A stretch of DNA of 63,533 nucleotides, the filler included, from Octopus bimaculoides (taxonomy: Eukaryota): assembly GCF_001194135.2 (NCBI RefSeq). It is 3 parts of 3 records of this genome, joined end to end, with 100 filler letters (N's around TTAATTAATTAA, not from the genome) between each part and the next. Parts side by side here need not be neighbours in the genome. Positions count along the whole stretch, not along the records: positions 1 to 29,690 come from NC_068991.1; positions 29,791 to 57,947 come from NC_068981.1; 1 more part is not named here. The stretch is one strand, 5' to 3'. Positions 26,118-39,199 of the stretch are shown here, piece after piece (positions within the stretch are counted from its first letter, which is position 1; each line of letters starts with the position of its first letter). Under the pieces are notes generated by a model. The model was given only the letters and a program-made list of their open reading frames with translations. It was not told where the DNA came from and searched no databases. The translations under genes and the position numbers were made by a program.

Positions 26118-28112
26118 CATATATATATGTATGTATATTTATATGTATGTGTACATATGTATGTATATATATAAATGTGTGTGTTTGTGTGTGTGCAAAT
26201 TGAAACAAGAAATGTATTTATATTTATGTATATAATCTCTCTACATCTCTTTCTTTATTCTTATATATGTAGCTAGAAGTAAAGTCACACACAACCGCAC
26301 TCCCACACATATAAACAGTGAGAAATCGAGAATGACCTGCGTATATATGTAACTAAGTATATTTTGGCGAATATATATTATTGTATAACTGCGTCTCTTA
26401 TTGCCAACATATTATTTCCTTGCCATTCCGTCCGTAATTGTATTTGTCTGTATCTGGAAGCATATTTCTTTGGTAAGTTTATTCTCAACCGTCTCTTGTG
26501 TAAAGAGAAATATTTTGTAATATTAAACAAAATGATGAATGATACTAACTGCCATACTACCGACAGCAAAAGCAACAGACCAACTTTCACAATGACTTCC
26601 AGTAACTACTCCACCAGCTATCACTTCACAAGTACTTCAACAACATACACCAAAGATACAATATTGCCCATTCAATATTTTAAGATTGTCATTACTCTGC
26701 AATGGTGGCAAATGGATTCACGTAGTTTGCTCTTGTTGCTGAGGATGATATCGTTTCTGTTCGTCTGCAAGTCGGCACAAATCGAATTGGCCAAATGTCA
26801 AATAGATCCAGTTATGATCATCACTTCATTGTTTTTTATATGTACCTAGGAGTACATTATTCTATGCGTTAGTTCCTTCCTCCAGCAATCTGTATTTGTC
26901 TGTTTTGAAGAAATGGGAAGTTATGCCTCTCTTTCAAACAATTATTCATAACGACTGGGCGGAGGCTAACTCATAGTTTAACTTCTTAGACATAGCAGCT
27001 ACATGTATTCGAAATCACATACTATCGTCTTGAAATGGAAATGACCAGGAAAGAATCGGTTATTTAGAATGATATAAACGCTACCCAGAAATACATTGGA
27101 TCTTGAGATTATTTGTGCAGAAACAACTGCCAAATCAACAGCTAGAACAACAACAACAACATCAGCGGGAAGTACTGCGACAGAAACAAAAACAACACTA
27201 GAAATAGCAGCAACAACAACAAAAACAACAACAGTATCCTGTGTTATTTCCCCATCAAAACTGCTCAAATTAGAATTCCATTTTTACATTCCTCATCTCA
27301 GCAAATTCTTCTAAATTATCCACCAATATACCAACAGTAAATACCAATTATCAATGTCAGACTAACGTGAACTCTGCAATTATTGAACCTCGTCGCCAGT
27401 ATAACCTAGACTTACAACAACACCAACGTTACCACCATTAACGCGGCCAGAACTATAAACACTAACTACCCCACCATTAGTGTCAATAATTTGAGAAAAT
27501 TTAGTTTGAATGCAATCAATATTATTTTTGATACATTTTTAAAGTCTATTAAAGAAGAAATATTTTTATACAAAACTATATTTCTCTATTGATCAAGTTA
27601 TAATATATGGCCGATTTTTTCTCTAATCATTTCAAATGAAGGTGTGCGAGGATAAGAATTTTATCAAGTTATTTGTAGACATTGCTGATGTTTTTGAGCA
27701 CAGATCGGTACTGATCGAGCAGTGATCTAATTCATTACATTCATTGTCATCCCATCATCATAAGGGCGGATGAGGATTTTTATTCTCGAAGTAAATTATT
27801 CGGTTTATCCAGGTGCACTCATGTAATTATCCGTAGTAACAAGTACTTTCTCAGTTAATTCCTTGCCCTGATTTCGTGCCCCCGATCATGTCGACTAAAT
27901 TTGTGCCCCGATTTCGTGCCCCCTCCCACCAACGATCGTGCCATCGATTGAGCCCCAACTTCGTGTCCCCCGATCGTGTCGACTAAAAGTACATATCCTT
28001 GGAGATGTTACGCTGATAAGGCTGAACAAGTCCGATGTAATGAAAGCAGTTCTCTTGGTAGCTACCCAAGCGAGGGTCTTTCTCACTTTTACCACAAATT
28101 CTCTTACACTCA

Positions 28113-28325
28113 TTTCAACTTCAGGTACAAAATCAAAAAATTTTAGGGAGGAGTTAAGTCGATTGTCTCGACCCCAGTGCTCAACTTCTTAGTTTCTAGA
28201 TCCCAAAAAGGCTAAAGGGCACAATCGACCACGGCGGAATTTGAACTCAGAACGTAAAACGCGGACAAAATGCCGCTAGGTAGCCTACCCGGTGTTCTTA
28301 CGATTCTGCCGGATCACCGCTTTCA
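28113..28325 (-). mobile_element. SINE family A copy
   Basis: ATCGACCACGGCGGAATTTGAACTCAGAACGTAA..ACGATTCTGCCGG..CCGCTTTCA. Confidence 0.8.
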
Positions 28326-29690
28326 CATGTTCTTTTTTAGCGGGTATATTTTATCCCGTCTCTCTTGTCTTCTGTTATCTCTCTTCAGACGAGGCTGTAT
28401 ATTGAGAGAGGTCTTCACCAGCGATTTCACTAACATTCCCGCATTTCATTGGTTAATATTATTGCCACTTTGATTGTTTAGACACAGGTTGTTATTTCTA
28501 CATCTCTATTCTATTAATACCTACAAGGTCGAATTTCTAGCGAATATTCATGTCTCCTTCCTCCTGTTTGTTATTTATTGAGTGTCTGTGCTGTCCATTC
28601 AATCCATCCTTTCGTATTGTGGCTTTTCTTCTTAGAATTGTTGTTTTTTTTTCTCTTTATATTTGAAGCTATTTCCTTTAACTGTCTGTATTATGGAACT
28701 ATTTTCATTCTTCTTGATAGATATAATCGAAATTCTATTAAATCTTGTGTTGATCGATTTAAGGATTTTAGAGCACCTGCTCGATAGATTTTCTTTCCCA
28801 GTTCTTTAGTTACCTCAAACAATCTAAGAGGCTTCTTGTGGACTGTGTTATTACTTGTTTCTTGGAAATTTCCTGGCAGTGACTTCATACTTAAACAAAA
28901 ATACAAAAAAACAAAACCACAAAAATACAATAGAGAATCTATAGCTGCATAGGCAGTGATAGCTTCTCATTCACCGAGACAAGGCATTATTTCGATGGGC
29001 AGAATAAAACAATGGAATCTGCCTCCAATCAGACGCGCATTCATTCAGCTGGAGACAATTCGGTGATGGATACGAGGGCTCTCGAGGTGAAGTAAACTGA
29101 GGTTGGAACTCACGAATTTTACTGCACGCTAATTATTTCACTTGAAAGTAGCTCCAGAGTCATGAAATATTCTCGGGAAATCTCTTGACATCGAGGAAAC
29201 ACAGAGATAGTCATAATAATTATTTATAGAGCAAAAGCTCCGATTCTTTCCTCTAGACAAAGTGGTAGTGGTAAACAAATTCCTGACAAAATGTATTATA
29301 GTATTAAACTTTGTAATGGATAAATTCTGCATTCATCTTTATAACATTTTACTGTTTCTTTGTTTTTCTTTTTTAATAGAAGCTATATACCTACTGGGCC
29401 ATGTGCTTACGACTGAAGGATGAGCCAATCAGCTCGAACCTTAGTCGGTGCCGCGATCATATTGTCTGCTAGAGGATGGTAGGTGTTCACCTTCACTGCT
29501 AGGAATTTACAGGGTTCAGCATTTTACCGAAAGCCAGCTGGCGGAGATCTGCCTTGGGTTAAACAAGAAGTAACACAGAACTGCCACTTTCATGTGGCGA
29601 TTAAATCTACTTGTTAGTATAGTTGCTACTCTGATCTCTTCTTGAGATTTCACAACTCTTTTGATTATATATATATATATATATATATAT

Positions 29691-29790
29691 NNNNNNNNNN
29701 NNNNNNNNNNNNNNNNNNNNNNNNNNNNNNNNNNTTAATTAATTAANNNNNNNNNNNNNNNNNNNNNNNNNNNNNNNNNNNNNNNNNNNN
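29691..29790. other. Artificial scaffold-joining linker (44N-TTAATTAATTAA-44N)
   Basis: Exactly 100 nt with stop codons in all six frames; identical structure at 57948-58047. Confidence 0.95.
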
Positions 29791-30029
29791 AGTGTTCTTG
29801 TTTCACTTTTGACACGTAATACTTAAATAGTGGAGGAGATATTATGTTGCCGTGTGCTTGAACTCTGCAAGAAGTTAATAATTTTTTTTGACTAAAACAC
29901 AACTGGAACCCTAAGTAAGGCATGTGTAAAATTTGAACGAAATTGGTTGCGTAGTTCTCGAGTTTTAGGGATTCACACAGACAGACAGACAGACAGACAG
30001 ACACACATTCTCATTTTTATATATATAGA
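29791..30029 (-). mobile_element. Helitron 5' end (truncated by scaffold edge)
   Basis: Minus strand A|TCTATATATATAAAAATGAGAATGTGTG(TCTG)n: TC start after an A, followed by a (TCTG)n microsatellite as in many non-autonomous Helitrons. Confidence 0.7.
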
Positions 30030-30164
30030 TTTCAGTAAATTTCTCTTACCTCTTCAGTATATCAGTAAAAAATACTACTTTTCGCAGATGTACTGAAAAG
30101 CTGGTGATTAATTCATTGAAACACATGTGTATGTATAAAGGCATAAGAATATAAATATTTTCTG

Positions 30165-30206
<42 letters not shown>

Positions 30207-30242
30207 CACACACACACACACACACATAGACACACATATATA

Positions 30243-32210
30243 CTAGCTGAATGACTCGGCGTTGCCCGGCTTCTGCTGTTTTTTATTTTAAACAATAAAT
30301 GTAAAGATATACTCACATAATTATTTCAGAATATTTATGTTTTATTAAAAAAAATATCCAAATTGTAATGATTATAGAATTTCGAACTGAAAATCTGTCA
30401 ATGTTGAAGCACCTCAGGGTAAACAATATTAATTGTGTAATTTTTTGTTGGTTTCGAAATGAATAAATTGTTGCTGCTTCCAACTCACGTGCAAGCAACA
30501 TAGAGTTGACTGTGGGAGAAGCATGTAGCAGTGAGATCAAGTGCAACTACCTTGAGGGATTGACTTTGAGATTTGTTAAATGAAATACCAAAACTTAGTT
30601 TCACTGGAAACTGAAATGTCTTAAATTCAAATAGAACATCTGTAGGTGTGAGAGAAATTTTTGGAATAAAGATATTTTCTTTGTGACTACCTGTTATGGT
30701 TGTTACCTGTAGAACATGGAGTTTCGTGGAAGTAACAGTTAAACGAGTTCCATTACAGAGGTGAGATGGGTCAAGATTCCTAAGCAACATAATGGAAGCA
30801 CCCAGTTTTAGTGTCAGGTTATGCGGTGGCATCCCAGTGGGTTTAAGTGTGTTTAGAAATTCAACAGGGTATTGAACAACTTGATCTTTATCAACTGTTG
30901 TCAACTGATCGAGGTATCTGTTAACTTTTGAAGAAGCTCGTGATTGAGCTTGTCAACCATTTCATTAGTTGGGGCTAGCATAGCTCTTTCATATAGCCAG
31001 TTTACATTAGTGTAATTGACAGATAAATTATGAAATACGTTATCCATAAGATCCCTAAGAGAAAGTATCATATGACTGCATGTAATTTCATGTAGCTGAA
31101 GTCTTGAGCTGAATGTTAATATTTCATTATCAATCTTAAGAAACTAGCACGATCACCTTGTAGAAGTACTCTGATGTTGCTCGTAAGATGAAGTTTTTTC
31201 ACATGTCTCCAAAGGTACGATTTTTTGAAGCATGCATTGACCTCATCAACTTTTGATCCTTTGGGAATAACTGGCAACGTTTGACGAAAATCTCTTGCAA
31301 GAAAAACTACTACTTTTCCTATGAGCGTATTATCGTTTTTATGTCTTGGCGGGTATGGTCAAGTACCCCCCCCCCGAGCTCTACGATGTGACAGTACACT
31401 CATCCTAAACAATGAGGTAAGTTTGTTGGAGAACTGTTGCCATTGCAGAGTTTTTGGAAATGTTGCACATTTGAGATTCTTTCATTGCAAGGTTTAGAGG
31501 GAGCTTGAACAAGGAATGAACAGTTCTTCCCCCATTGATGAGGATAGCTGCAATATCAGAAGTTGCAACTGTGGAAGAAGTTTAGACTTTATTTCCTCCC
31601 ATTTAGTTTTGCAGATGAAAGTGACAAAAAGATCTGATTTTCTATATGTCCTGACATATGTCATAGCATCTTGTGTTCGTTCATGCACATATCGAATGAT
31701 GATAGGAAGAATGTAAGTTGCCTCATGTTTCGAATATCACCATCTGTCCTCAGAGCATCTTGGAGATGAACATAATTTTTAGCCCTTAACTTTTTTTGAT
31801 TGTTACGAATGTAGAGGAGACGCTGACACTTAACTTTAGCATACATATCAACCAGGTATTGCTGAAATAGATCACGATACATGTATAATTGATTTTATTG
31901 TTCTGGTCTTAACATCAGTTGGTAAGAAGAGAAGTCATTTAACGACACCTTTTGTTAGTAATTGGCTCTCCTGTTGCAGTTTCAATCTGTGGAATATTGA
32001 AATGATACTCATCTTGTCTATTCCACAAAATAAGAGGATACTGGAGAGCATCATAAGACGGATGGGTCTCTGAAACACGTTTAAGGTAGTTATCTCGAGC
32101 GACCACGAATGAAAACATCACGATTTTCATGGGGATCACTTACCATAAGGATGGCTACCTCATTATATGTGGGCTCATTAAAACGGCGTAAAATGTCCTT
32201 TACTATTGTT
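30243..32210 (-). mobile_element. Internally deleted Helitron (Rep N-terminal part fused to PIF1-type helicase C-terminal half)
   Basis: Decayed RepHel motifs: SETHPSYDALQYPL, LFQQYLVDMYAK, HERTQDAMTYVR...DLFVTF.C; helicase GGRTVHSLFKLPL, IV*DECT, DFRQTLPVIP, PTGMPPHNLTLKLGASIMLLRNLD...LCNGTRL, QFPVKLSFGISFNKSQSQSL, FSHSQLYVAC. 3' end: GC hairpin GCCGGGCAACGCCGAG then CTAG|T. Confidence 0.93.
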
Positions 32211-32959
32211 TATTATAGACGTAACGTACGTGGAAACACACACACACACACACAAACACTACTCATAGAACTGATAATATTGAAAACAGAAAAATGTACA
32301 CACACGAAGTTCAAGTGAAACGAAATGTAGTCAATATAGGTGCAAAACATACTTTCTGTAGCATAAAAGAAATATTCCAGCGTCGGAAAGTCACCGATTT
32401 AGCAAAATTTACTATGCGCCACCGATGACGCATAGTCAACATTTATTTGGAGCATGTACTAAGTGTTATAAAATTCAGGATTGAATCTCACGGTGAAGAA
32501 AGTCAAGCTCCAAGAAAATTCAGAAAGCATAATTCAATTTTTCATATAAAAATAATTTATTATTTTACAGTTTTTAAACGAACGCTGAACAACGTGTGTA
32601 CAAAGGAATATGTAGCTGTTGTGAACGTTAATTAATTTAAAACATTTGCTGAAGGATGTATGCAGCAAGACATAAAATAATTTGACATCACTTATTAAAT
32701 ATTTTAACTGTGTAAGGTTATGGGCTGTAGAATAAATACAGACTAATACAGTAAAAAGGTTGCACAGTGTTGATTACTAACACTGTTAAAACCGCATAGC
32801 AGGAATACGATAAGGACGGTGGGACTGTTAAAAAAACATTATCTTTAAACTGGTTATAAGAACTGGAATAACATTTCTGTAATTATACTGAAAGAGCCGC
32901 TAAGGCTTTCTATTTCATCAAGTTTCCGAATAATAATCAGAATAACATTTTTTTTCCAG

Positions 32960-32976
32960 ATATATTTGCGAGTGTT
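32960..32976 (+). other. Candidate 17-nt microexon
   Basis: AATAAC-ATTTTTTTTCCAG | ATATATTTGCGAGTGTT | GTGAGT. Confidence 0.3.
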
Positions 32977-34944
32977 GTGAGTACTGTAAAATCAGCCAAA
33001 TCTTCATGCTAGTTATAAAAACCAGAATACTATTTCAGCACATAGGTAGTGATAATAGTTAATGCTGTTTAAACTGCAACTCTCCATGATGAAAAGGAAA
33101 ATCCACGCAGTGGAACTTCAAAGTGAACGCTGTTGTTCGTTCAACGTCCAGGTCGCAACTAAACTAAACTCTTTCAAAATCGGCACGTTTCACTGTTGGG
33201 CGGTTCAGCCACATACATATGCTAAGACAGACACACCGGCCTAACGTACGTAACGAACGCGCAAACACATACACACTGATAGACACATACGCATTCATAT
33301 AGAAAATGTGACCTTGTCGCCGTGATATAAAATGTCGTTTACGATAGTTGATTTATAGAAAGATTATAATGTAAAATTTTTGTAATGCAAATATGTAAAT
33401 AAAATGATGTTTATTTGGTAGCCGAAAGGTTACTAAATCATTTGATACACCATACGTCAAATTCAACAACTAAGCTTTCGAATGTATAAGGAATATACGC
33501 GTGCGCGCACACACACACACTTTGCTTTATATATATGTATAGATATATATATATGAAGGCTGTCTATTCGTTAGACGAGCATGACCATCGCTGACAGGTA
33601 ACGTTAGCAATGCCTGTGCAAGGGTTGTAAGTTGGGTGCGGCTTGCACAACGCGACAACGGCTTGCACAACGCGGCAACGGCTTGCACAACGCGACAGTC
33701 AGTAGCAATACCAAGGAACCTAGACAGAAGCAAAATACAAGGTACCCGTCTCACTAGATCAGCGAATTTTATATACAGTTATCTTTCTCCTAGAGGGATG
33801 ATTTAACAGACCCGGCTCCCTCACTCCCAGTAGGCATATTGCACTCTCGGACACCAACTCAAGTATTTCTACATCCAGGCGCTCATATGCTAATTAAACC
33901 ATAGGTGAGACTCTAACAGGTGCTATTACTCCGGGTCAGAGAAGATTTGGAAACAATAGTGGCTAGGAGGTGTTTCCACATTCCTCAAAACCATAAGGTT
34001 TCTTTTTGTATTGTTCTGAGATTATTTTTGATTTGTGTGCATCACCTCTACAATTTATCGCCTTTTCGATCACGCTCAAAACATGTCAAATTACCCCTCC
34101 TTAAAACTAGTCACTGGAAGTTTTTTTCCCGCTTACGTTTTCTTACACAAACAGACATATCGAAATTCAAACTTACTATTGAAATATATATATATATAGA
34201 AATATATATATATTAATATTATATAAGTATATAAAGGGTTCTTAATGCATCTCTGAAGAACGGAATTACTAATAATAAGATGATCTTTAGATCACTTTGT
34301 GACTGTAGTAATATGCGCGAAACGATCGTAAGATATTTTATTTTTTAAACTTTAGGTTTCTTTATATTTTATATTTTAGAATTTATAATATTCATGCTTA
34401 TTTATACATAAATTTTTATACGCATATATATTTAAACATATATATATCTATTTTTAGATTTTTATATGTATTCATATTTATATTCCGTATATATATGTTT
34501 TNNNNNNNNNNNNNNNNNNNNNNNNNNNNNNNNNNNNNNNNNNNNNNNNNNNNNNNNNNNNNNNNNNNNNNNNNNNNNNNNNNNNNNNNNNNNNNNNNNN
34601 NNNNNNNNNNNNNNNNNNNNNNNNNNNNNNNNNNNNNNNNNNNNNNNNNNNNNNNNNNNNNNNNNNNNNNNNNNNNNNNNNNNNNNNNNNNNNNNNNNNN
34701 NNNNNNNNNNNNNNNNNNNNNNNNNNNNNNNNNNNNNNNNNNNNNNNNNNNNNNNNNNNNNNNNNNNNNNNNNNNNNNNNNNNNNNNNNNNNNNNAATAT
34801 CTGAAAATAATAACTCGATGGTTTTGTGAAATGATGAAAACGATGACGTCTCGGATGGCCGTCGATCACTATATTAACTTGAATATATCTGCAGTCGTTG
34901 TTCTTGCATTTAAAAGCAAAGAATAACAAATGTATAAACCACAG

Positions 34945-35150
34945 CAAACTGCTGTTACTGAGCAGAATCTTTAAAGCGTCAGTGTATTTTTCGGCTCTTT
35001 ATGTTCTGAGTCCCAGTCCCGACGAGGTTAACTTTGCCTGTCAGCCTTTCGAGGTCGATAAAATAAAATACAAGTCTAGTACTAGAGTCGATGTTACTAA
35101 CCTCTGTCCCTCAAAACTGCTGGTCCTCTGACTAAGTCAGAAACTATTAT
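34945..35150 (+). mobile_element. SINE family A copy
   Basis: GCAGAATCTTT..ATGTTCTGAGTCCCAG..GAGGTTAACTTTGCC..GTCGATAAAATAAA. Confidence 0.7.
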
Positions 35151-36072
35151 TTAGCGCTACCTCAAACCCTGATCGAGCACATTTACGATATAAAAGACAT
35201 TCTAGTCATGACTATCTCGTCTTTTTAGATTCATGTGTAGTAGTAAGTATATTATTCATCCTGTCTGTTCCTTATTTAAGACGATCGGTAATGATTTGAG
35301 TGTACTTAAGCTGATATTTCTAGCAAATCTAGTCACTAGTCACTTTGTAGAAGCTCCCTCTTTGGTTTTCTTTTTTGTTACTAATTAAGATGAATTTTAG
35401 TTTTTCTCACCTTAAACCATTCCAGATGCAGAAATAATAATTGTTTTTTTTTTCTGTTTGCATTTAGGAAAGGCTCGTAATTTCTCTCATATCTTTCTGT
35501 TTTCTGTTAGGGAAAGATTCATACACTCTATTTACCTTCTAGACATTTTTATTATCTCAATAATAAATTCCTCTACATTGCTGGAATTTATGAACGATTG
35601 CTTATGACAGAGAGGAAGAAGGAAGGGGGAGTAATCGGTTTTCCTTTCATTTCACCGCGATCACTGCTGCCAAAACTTACTGCTATTTCAGATATTACTT
35701 CTACACTTTTCAACATACATATATTTACTCTCACTTCAACTTTCAAAGTTCAGAGGTTCACCATGTTTACTTAAGTCTATCTTTTTTGTTTATAACCCAT
35801 ACCTCGAGCCTTATTAATTTTCCAACATCTCATCACAAAAGTAGTGTTAGAGTTTTAGCGCTAGGAAGAAATTGCTTTTAACAATATATGGATGCTCCAC
35901 ATTTATGACTGTGATGTGTGTTCAGGAAGATTTTCTGGTTGCCCTTGTTTCCTGTCACAGGTGGAATACGTCTTTTCTTTCTCGTTTAGAATGCTAGCAT
36001 TGGCACAATAACATTCAGGAACCCTTTGACTCTGCTTTCATTTTATAGAATTTCTTATTTGGTTTATTCTAA

Positions 36073-36505
36073 AGGAGGTGAGCCGGTAGAATCAGCTGGC
36101 GAACAAAATGCATAGCGGTATTTCGTCCGTCTTTATGTTCTGAGCTCAAATTTCACTGAGCTTGACTTTGCCTTTCATCCTTTCGGGTTTGATAAAATAA
36201 GTACCAGTGAAGTACTGGAGTTCAATACAATCGACTTCTTCTTTCCCTCAAAGCTACTGGCACTGTTCCAAAATTCGAAACCGTTAAAGGAAGTGAACTG
36301 GCAGAATCATTATCACTCCTTCCAAATTCTTCATAACATTTCTTTTGGTTCTTTACATTCTGAGTTTAAATACCGCTGAGATTGACTTCATCTTTTATCC
36401 TTTCGGAGTCGATCAAATAAGAACCAATTTAATACAAGAGTTGGTATAATCGTCTTACCTTCCTTTAAAATTGCTGGCCTAGTTCTATGAATTAGAAAGA
36501 ATTAT
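36073..36505 (+). mobile_element. Two tandem SINE family A copies (36073-36285, 36287-36505)
   Basis: Both show AAAGGA(G/A)GTGA(G/A)C..G(T/C)AGAATC heads, TTCTGAG.T.AAAT and GACTT..CTTT.ATCCTTTCGG. Confidence 0.8.
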
Positions 36506-37119
36506 TAGTCTTATTGAGTTGTATTATACTTTCGTTTATTTTGTTTCTGTTTTGCAATTGTGTAGCCCATCAGTCAAGTTCTGGTTAAGCAATCCTAAAT
36601 CTTTCAATTCTTTATTTTCTTATTTTCACGGATACTGTACCTCAGACAGTATTGTGTAATGTACCCTTTTTAAGACAAAAGGATATTACTTGAGGGATAT
36701 TTTCCTACTCTTTCAAACAGGTGGAGTGAGCGACCACGAGATTACATGTTTATCCAACTTGTTAGACATTGCAGCTGAATATCCTTGAATCTGTCAATGT
36801 GTTTCCGTTTACATGATTTAAAAATCAGTGTTGTTATCTATGTCTCATAACTTAATAGTTCGACAAATTCAGGGCAATGAATTATTAGAGACCGATATAA
36901 ATTCACGTTTGAAAGCGTCGATTCTGCATGACTGCAGTCCAATGACCGAAGCCATTAACAGAGACTATATAAATCACAGTAAGCTCGAAGATATTGGTAA
37001 AGTTCCTGATTACTACCACTGTATTTCTTTACTTTTATGTCGGATTAAATACAGCTCTGCTGTTTCCTTTAGACTTTTAAAGCTTTCCTTAATACAGTAC
37101 TAATTGGTGCTGTTGTTGC

Positions 37120-37243
37120 GATAGTGATGTTGATGATGGCGATGACGACGACAACAAAGTTGATGATGATGGTGATGATGATGGTGGTGGTGGTAGTGAT
37201 GACGGTGATGATGGTGATGATGTGATGGTGATGCTGCTGCTGT

Positions 37244-37286
<43 letters not shown>

Positions 37287-37315
37287 GATGATGATGATCA
37301 TGATGCAATTCCATC
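37120..37315. repeat. (GAT)n/(GGT)n compound microsatellite
   Basis: Directly visible. Confidence 0.95.
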
Positions 37316-37662
37316 GCTGTTGGTACATAACATTATTAAATTCTGAATCTAATGATCTAAATTAAAATCGTGCCTTGCAGTTTATGATAATCGGAAAATA
37401 ATTAGTACATGTCATGCACCTAAGTTGAGCATGAACGCGTTTGATTCTTGTTCCCATAATGATGTTTACAACAGTTTTATATCCGTATCTGTTTCACCAA
37501 CAGGTATATATAGCTCCGTCCTCCTAAGGTGTGTTCAGCATTGACTTTTAGGAATGTAGAATTGTATTTGTACAGAACATCTGTTTTACTTTGTTGTGGG
37601 AGCAGGTTTGTTGTTTCTGCTGTTATTTTAGCGTTTTGACTGTTGTATAGGATATGAATAGT

Positions 37663-37955
37663 GGAGGCGCAATGACCCAGTGGCTAGGGCAGCGGACTCG
37701 CGGTCATAGGATCGAGGTTTCGATTCCCAGAGTGTTTATTGAGCGAAAACACCTAAAGCTCCACGAGGCTCCGGTAGGGGATGGTGGCGAGCCCTATTGT
37801 ACTCTTCCACCACAACTTTCTCTCACTCTTATTTCCTGTTTCTGTTGTGCCTGTAATTCAAAGGGCCAGCCTTGTCACACTGTGTCACGCTGAATATCCC
37901 CGACAACTACGTTAAGGGTACACGTGTCTGTGGAGTGCTCAACCACTTGCACGTT
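37663..37955 (+). mobile_element. tRNA-derived SINE family C (3' end lost in gap)
   Basis: GGAGGCGCAATGACCCAGTGGCTAGGGCAGCGGACTCGCGGTC..GGTTTCGATTCCC (A and B boxes); highly similar to the copy at 55478. Confidence 0.88.
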
Positions 37956-38419
37956 NNNNNNNNNNNNNNNNNNNNNNNNNNNNNNNNNNNNNNNNNNNNN
38001 NNNNNNNNNNNNNNNNNNNNNNNNNNNNNNNNNNNNNNNNNNNNNNNNNNNNNNNNNNNNNNNNNNNNNNNNNNNNNNNNNNNNNNNNNNNNNNNNNNNN
38101 NNNNNNNNNNNNNNNNNNNNNNNNNNNNNNNNNNNNNNNNNNNNNNTAGAGAGATTTCAGTGTATTGTATGTGCTCCGTGTTACATGTATGATTTTTATT
38201 ATTTTGTTGCATGTTGTTTGTGTTTGATATTCTCTGTTTGTTGGTTTTAGGGGTTTTAGTGATGGACTGTGATTGCGTAGAGTATTAGTTGCGTGGTATA
38301 TTTCTGGGAGACAATTAAAAAAAGGAAGTGAGTTTGCATGAGGTGTCGGTGCTATATATGTAGAAATAAGTGTTAGGCGGTGATTGGGAAGTGTATGTGT
38401 GATGTTATATTATTTTGTA

Positions 38420-38612
38420 AGCTGGCAGAATTGTTAGCACACCTGACAAAATGCTTAGCGGCATTTCGTTCGTCTTTACGTTCTGAGTTCAAATGCCGCT
38501 GAGGTCGACTTAGCCTTTCATCCTTTGGAGTTCCATAAGGTAAGTACCAGTCAAACCCTCCGAATTCTTCCTCCCCACAAATTTCAGCTCTTGGACCTAT
38601 AATAGAAAGGTT
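38420..38612 (+). mobile_element. SINE family A copy
   Basis: AGCTGGCAGAATTGTTAGCAC..CGTTCTGAGTTCAAATGCCGCTGAGGTCGACTTAGCC. Confidence 0.85.
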
Positions 38613-38635
38613 TATTTTGTAGTGACTCTATAGAG

Positions 38636-38996
38636 CACTGGTTCTCAACCGTGGTCCAAATGGCCCCTGAGGGCACATGTAAGATTTTTGGGGGGTGGGG
38701 GCTCCACGCAACAAAATAGTAAATTGGGGATCCACAATAGTACTTTAAGAGCCCCTGAAAAAACTTCGCTTTTGATGCATATAGTGGTATATATTGCAAG
38801 AAACAGCTAGATTTCTTTCTCTAACATTTTACATAGTTCAACATACACAGGGAAATGTGTGAAAAACAAAATGAAAACTTTGAAAGTTGTTTCTATAAAG
38901 CTAATTTTTAGACAGCGAATGCCTTTGCGGTGGGATCCACCAGAATAAAATAGAAATCAAAGGGGTCCTTAGGTAAACAATGGCTGAGAACCCCTG
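38636..38996. mobile_element. hAT/Charlie-type MITE, 361 bp
   Basis: Imperfect TIRs CACTGGTTCTCAACC / GGCTGAGAACCCCTG; 8-bp TSD CTATAGAG / CTACAGAG (7/8 match). Confidence 0.85.
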
Positions 38997-39199
38997 CTAC
39001 AGAGTATGTGTCATTAGATTTGATGGTTATTGTATAGGGTATACATATATGTTGCGTGCTCATCAGTAAAAGTATCTTGCATGTGATGTGATAATGCTTG
39101 AAAGAGCCTTCATTTGTACTGTGTGCAACGTTAAGAGCCCCGCTATGGCTCACATGTTTTCGTTGATGTTTTTTTTCATCACAGATAGTTGTAGCAATA

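Noticed and set aside
29406-29450. Hammerhead-like CTGAAGGATGAGC..GCTCGAAC
   Set aside because: The core has an insertion, GAAC replaces GAAA, and stem I does not pair.
37663-37730. Functional tRNA genes at SINE heads (also 55478, 7258, 10516)
   Set aside because: A/B boxes are present but a full cloverleaf is not, and each continues into a shared multi-copy SINE body.
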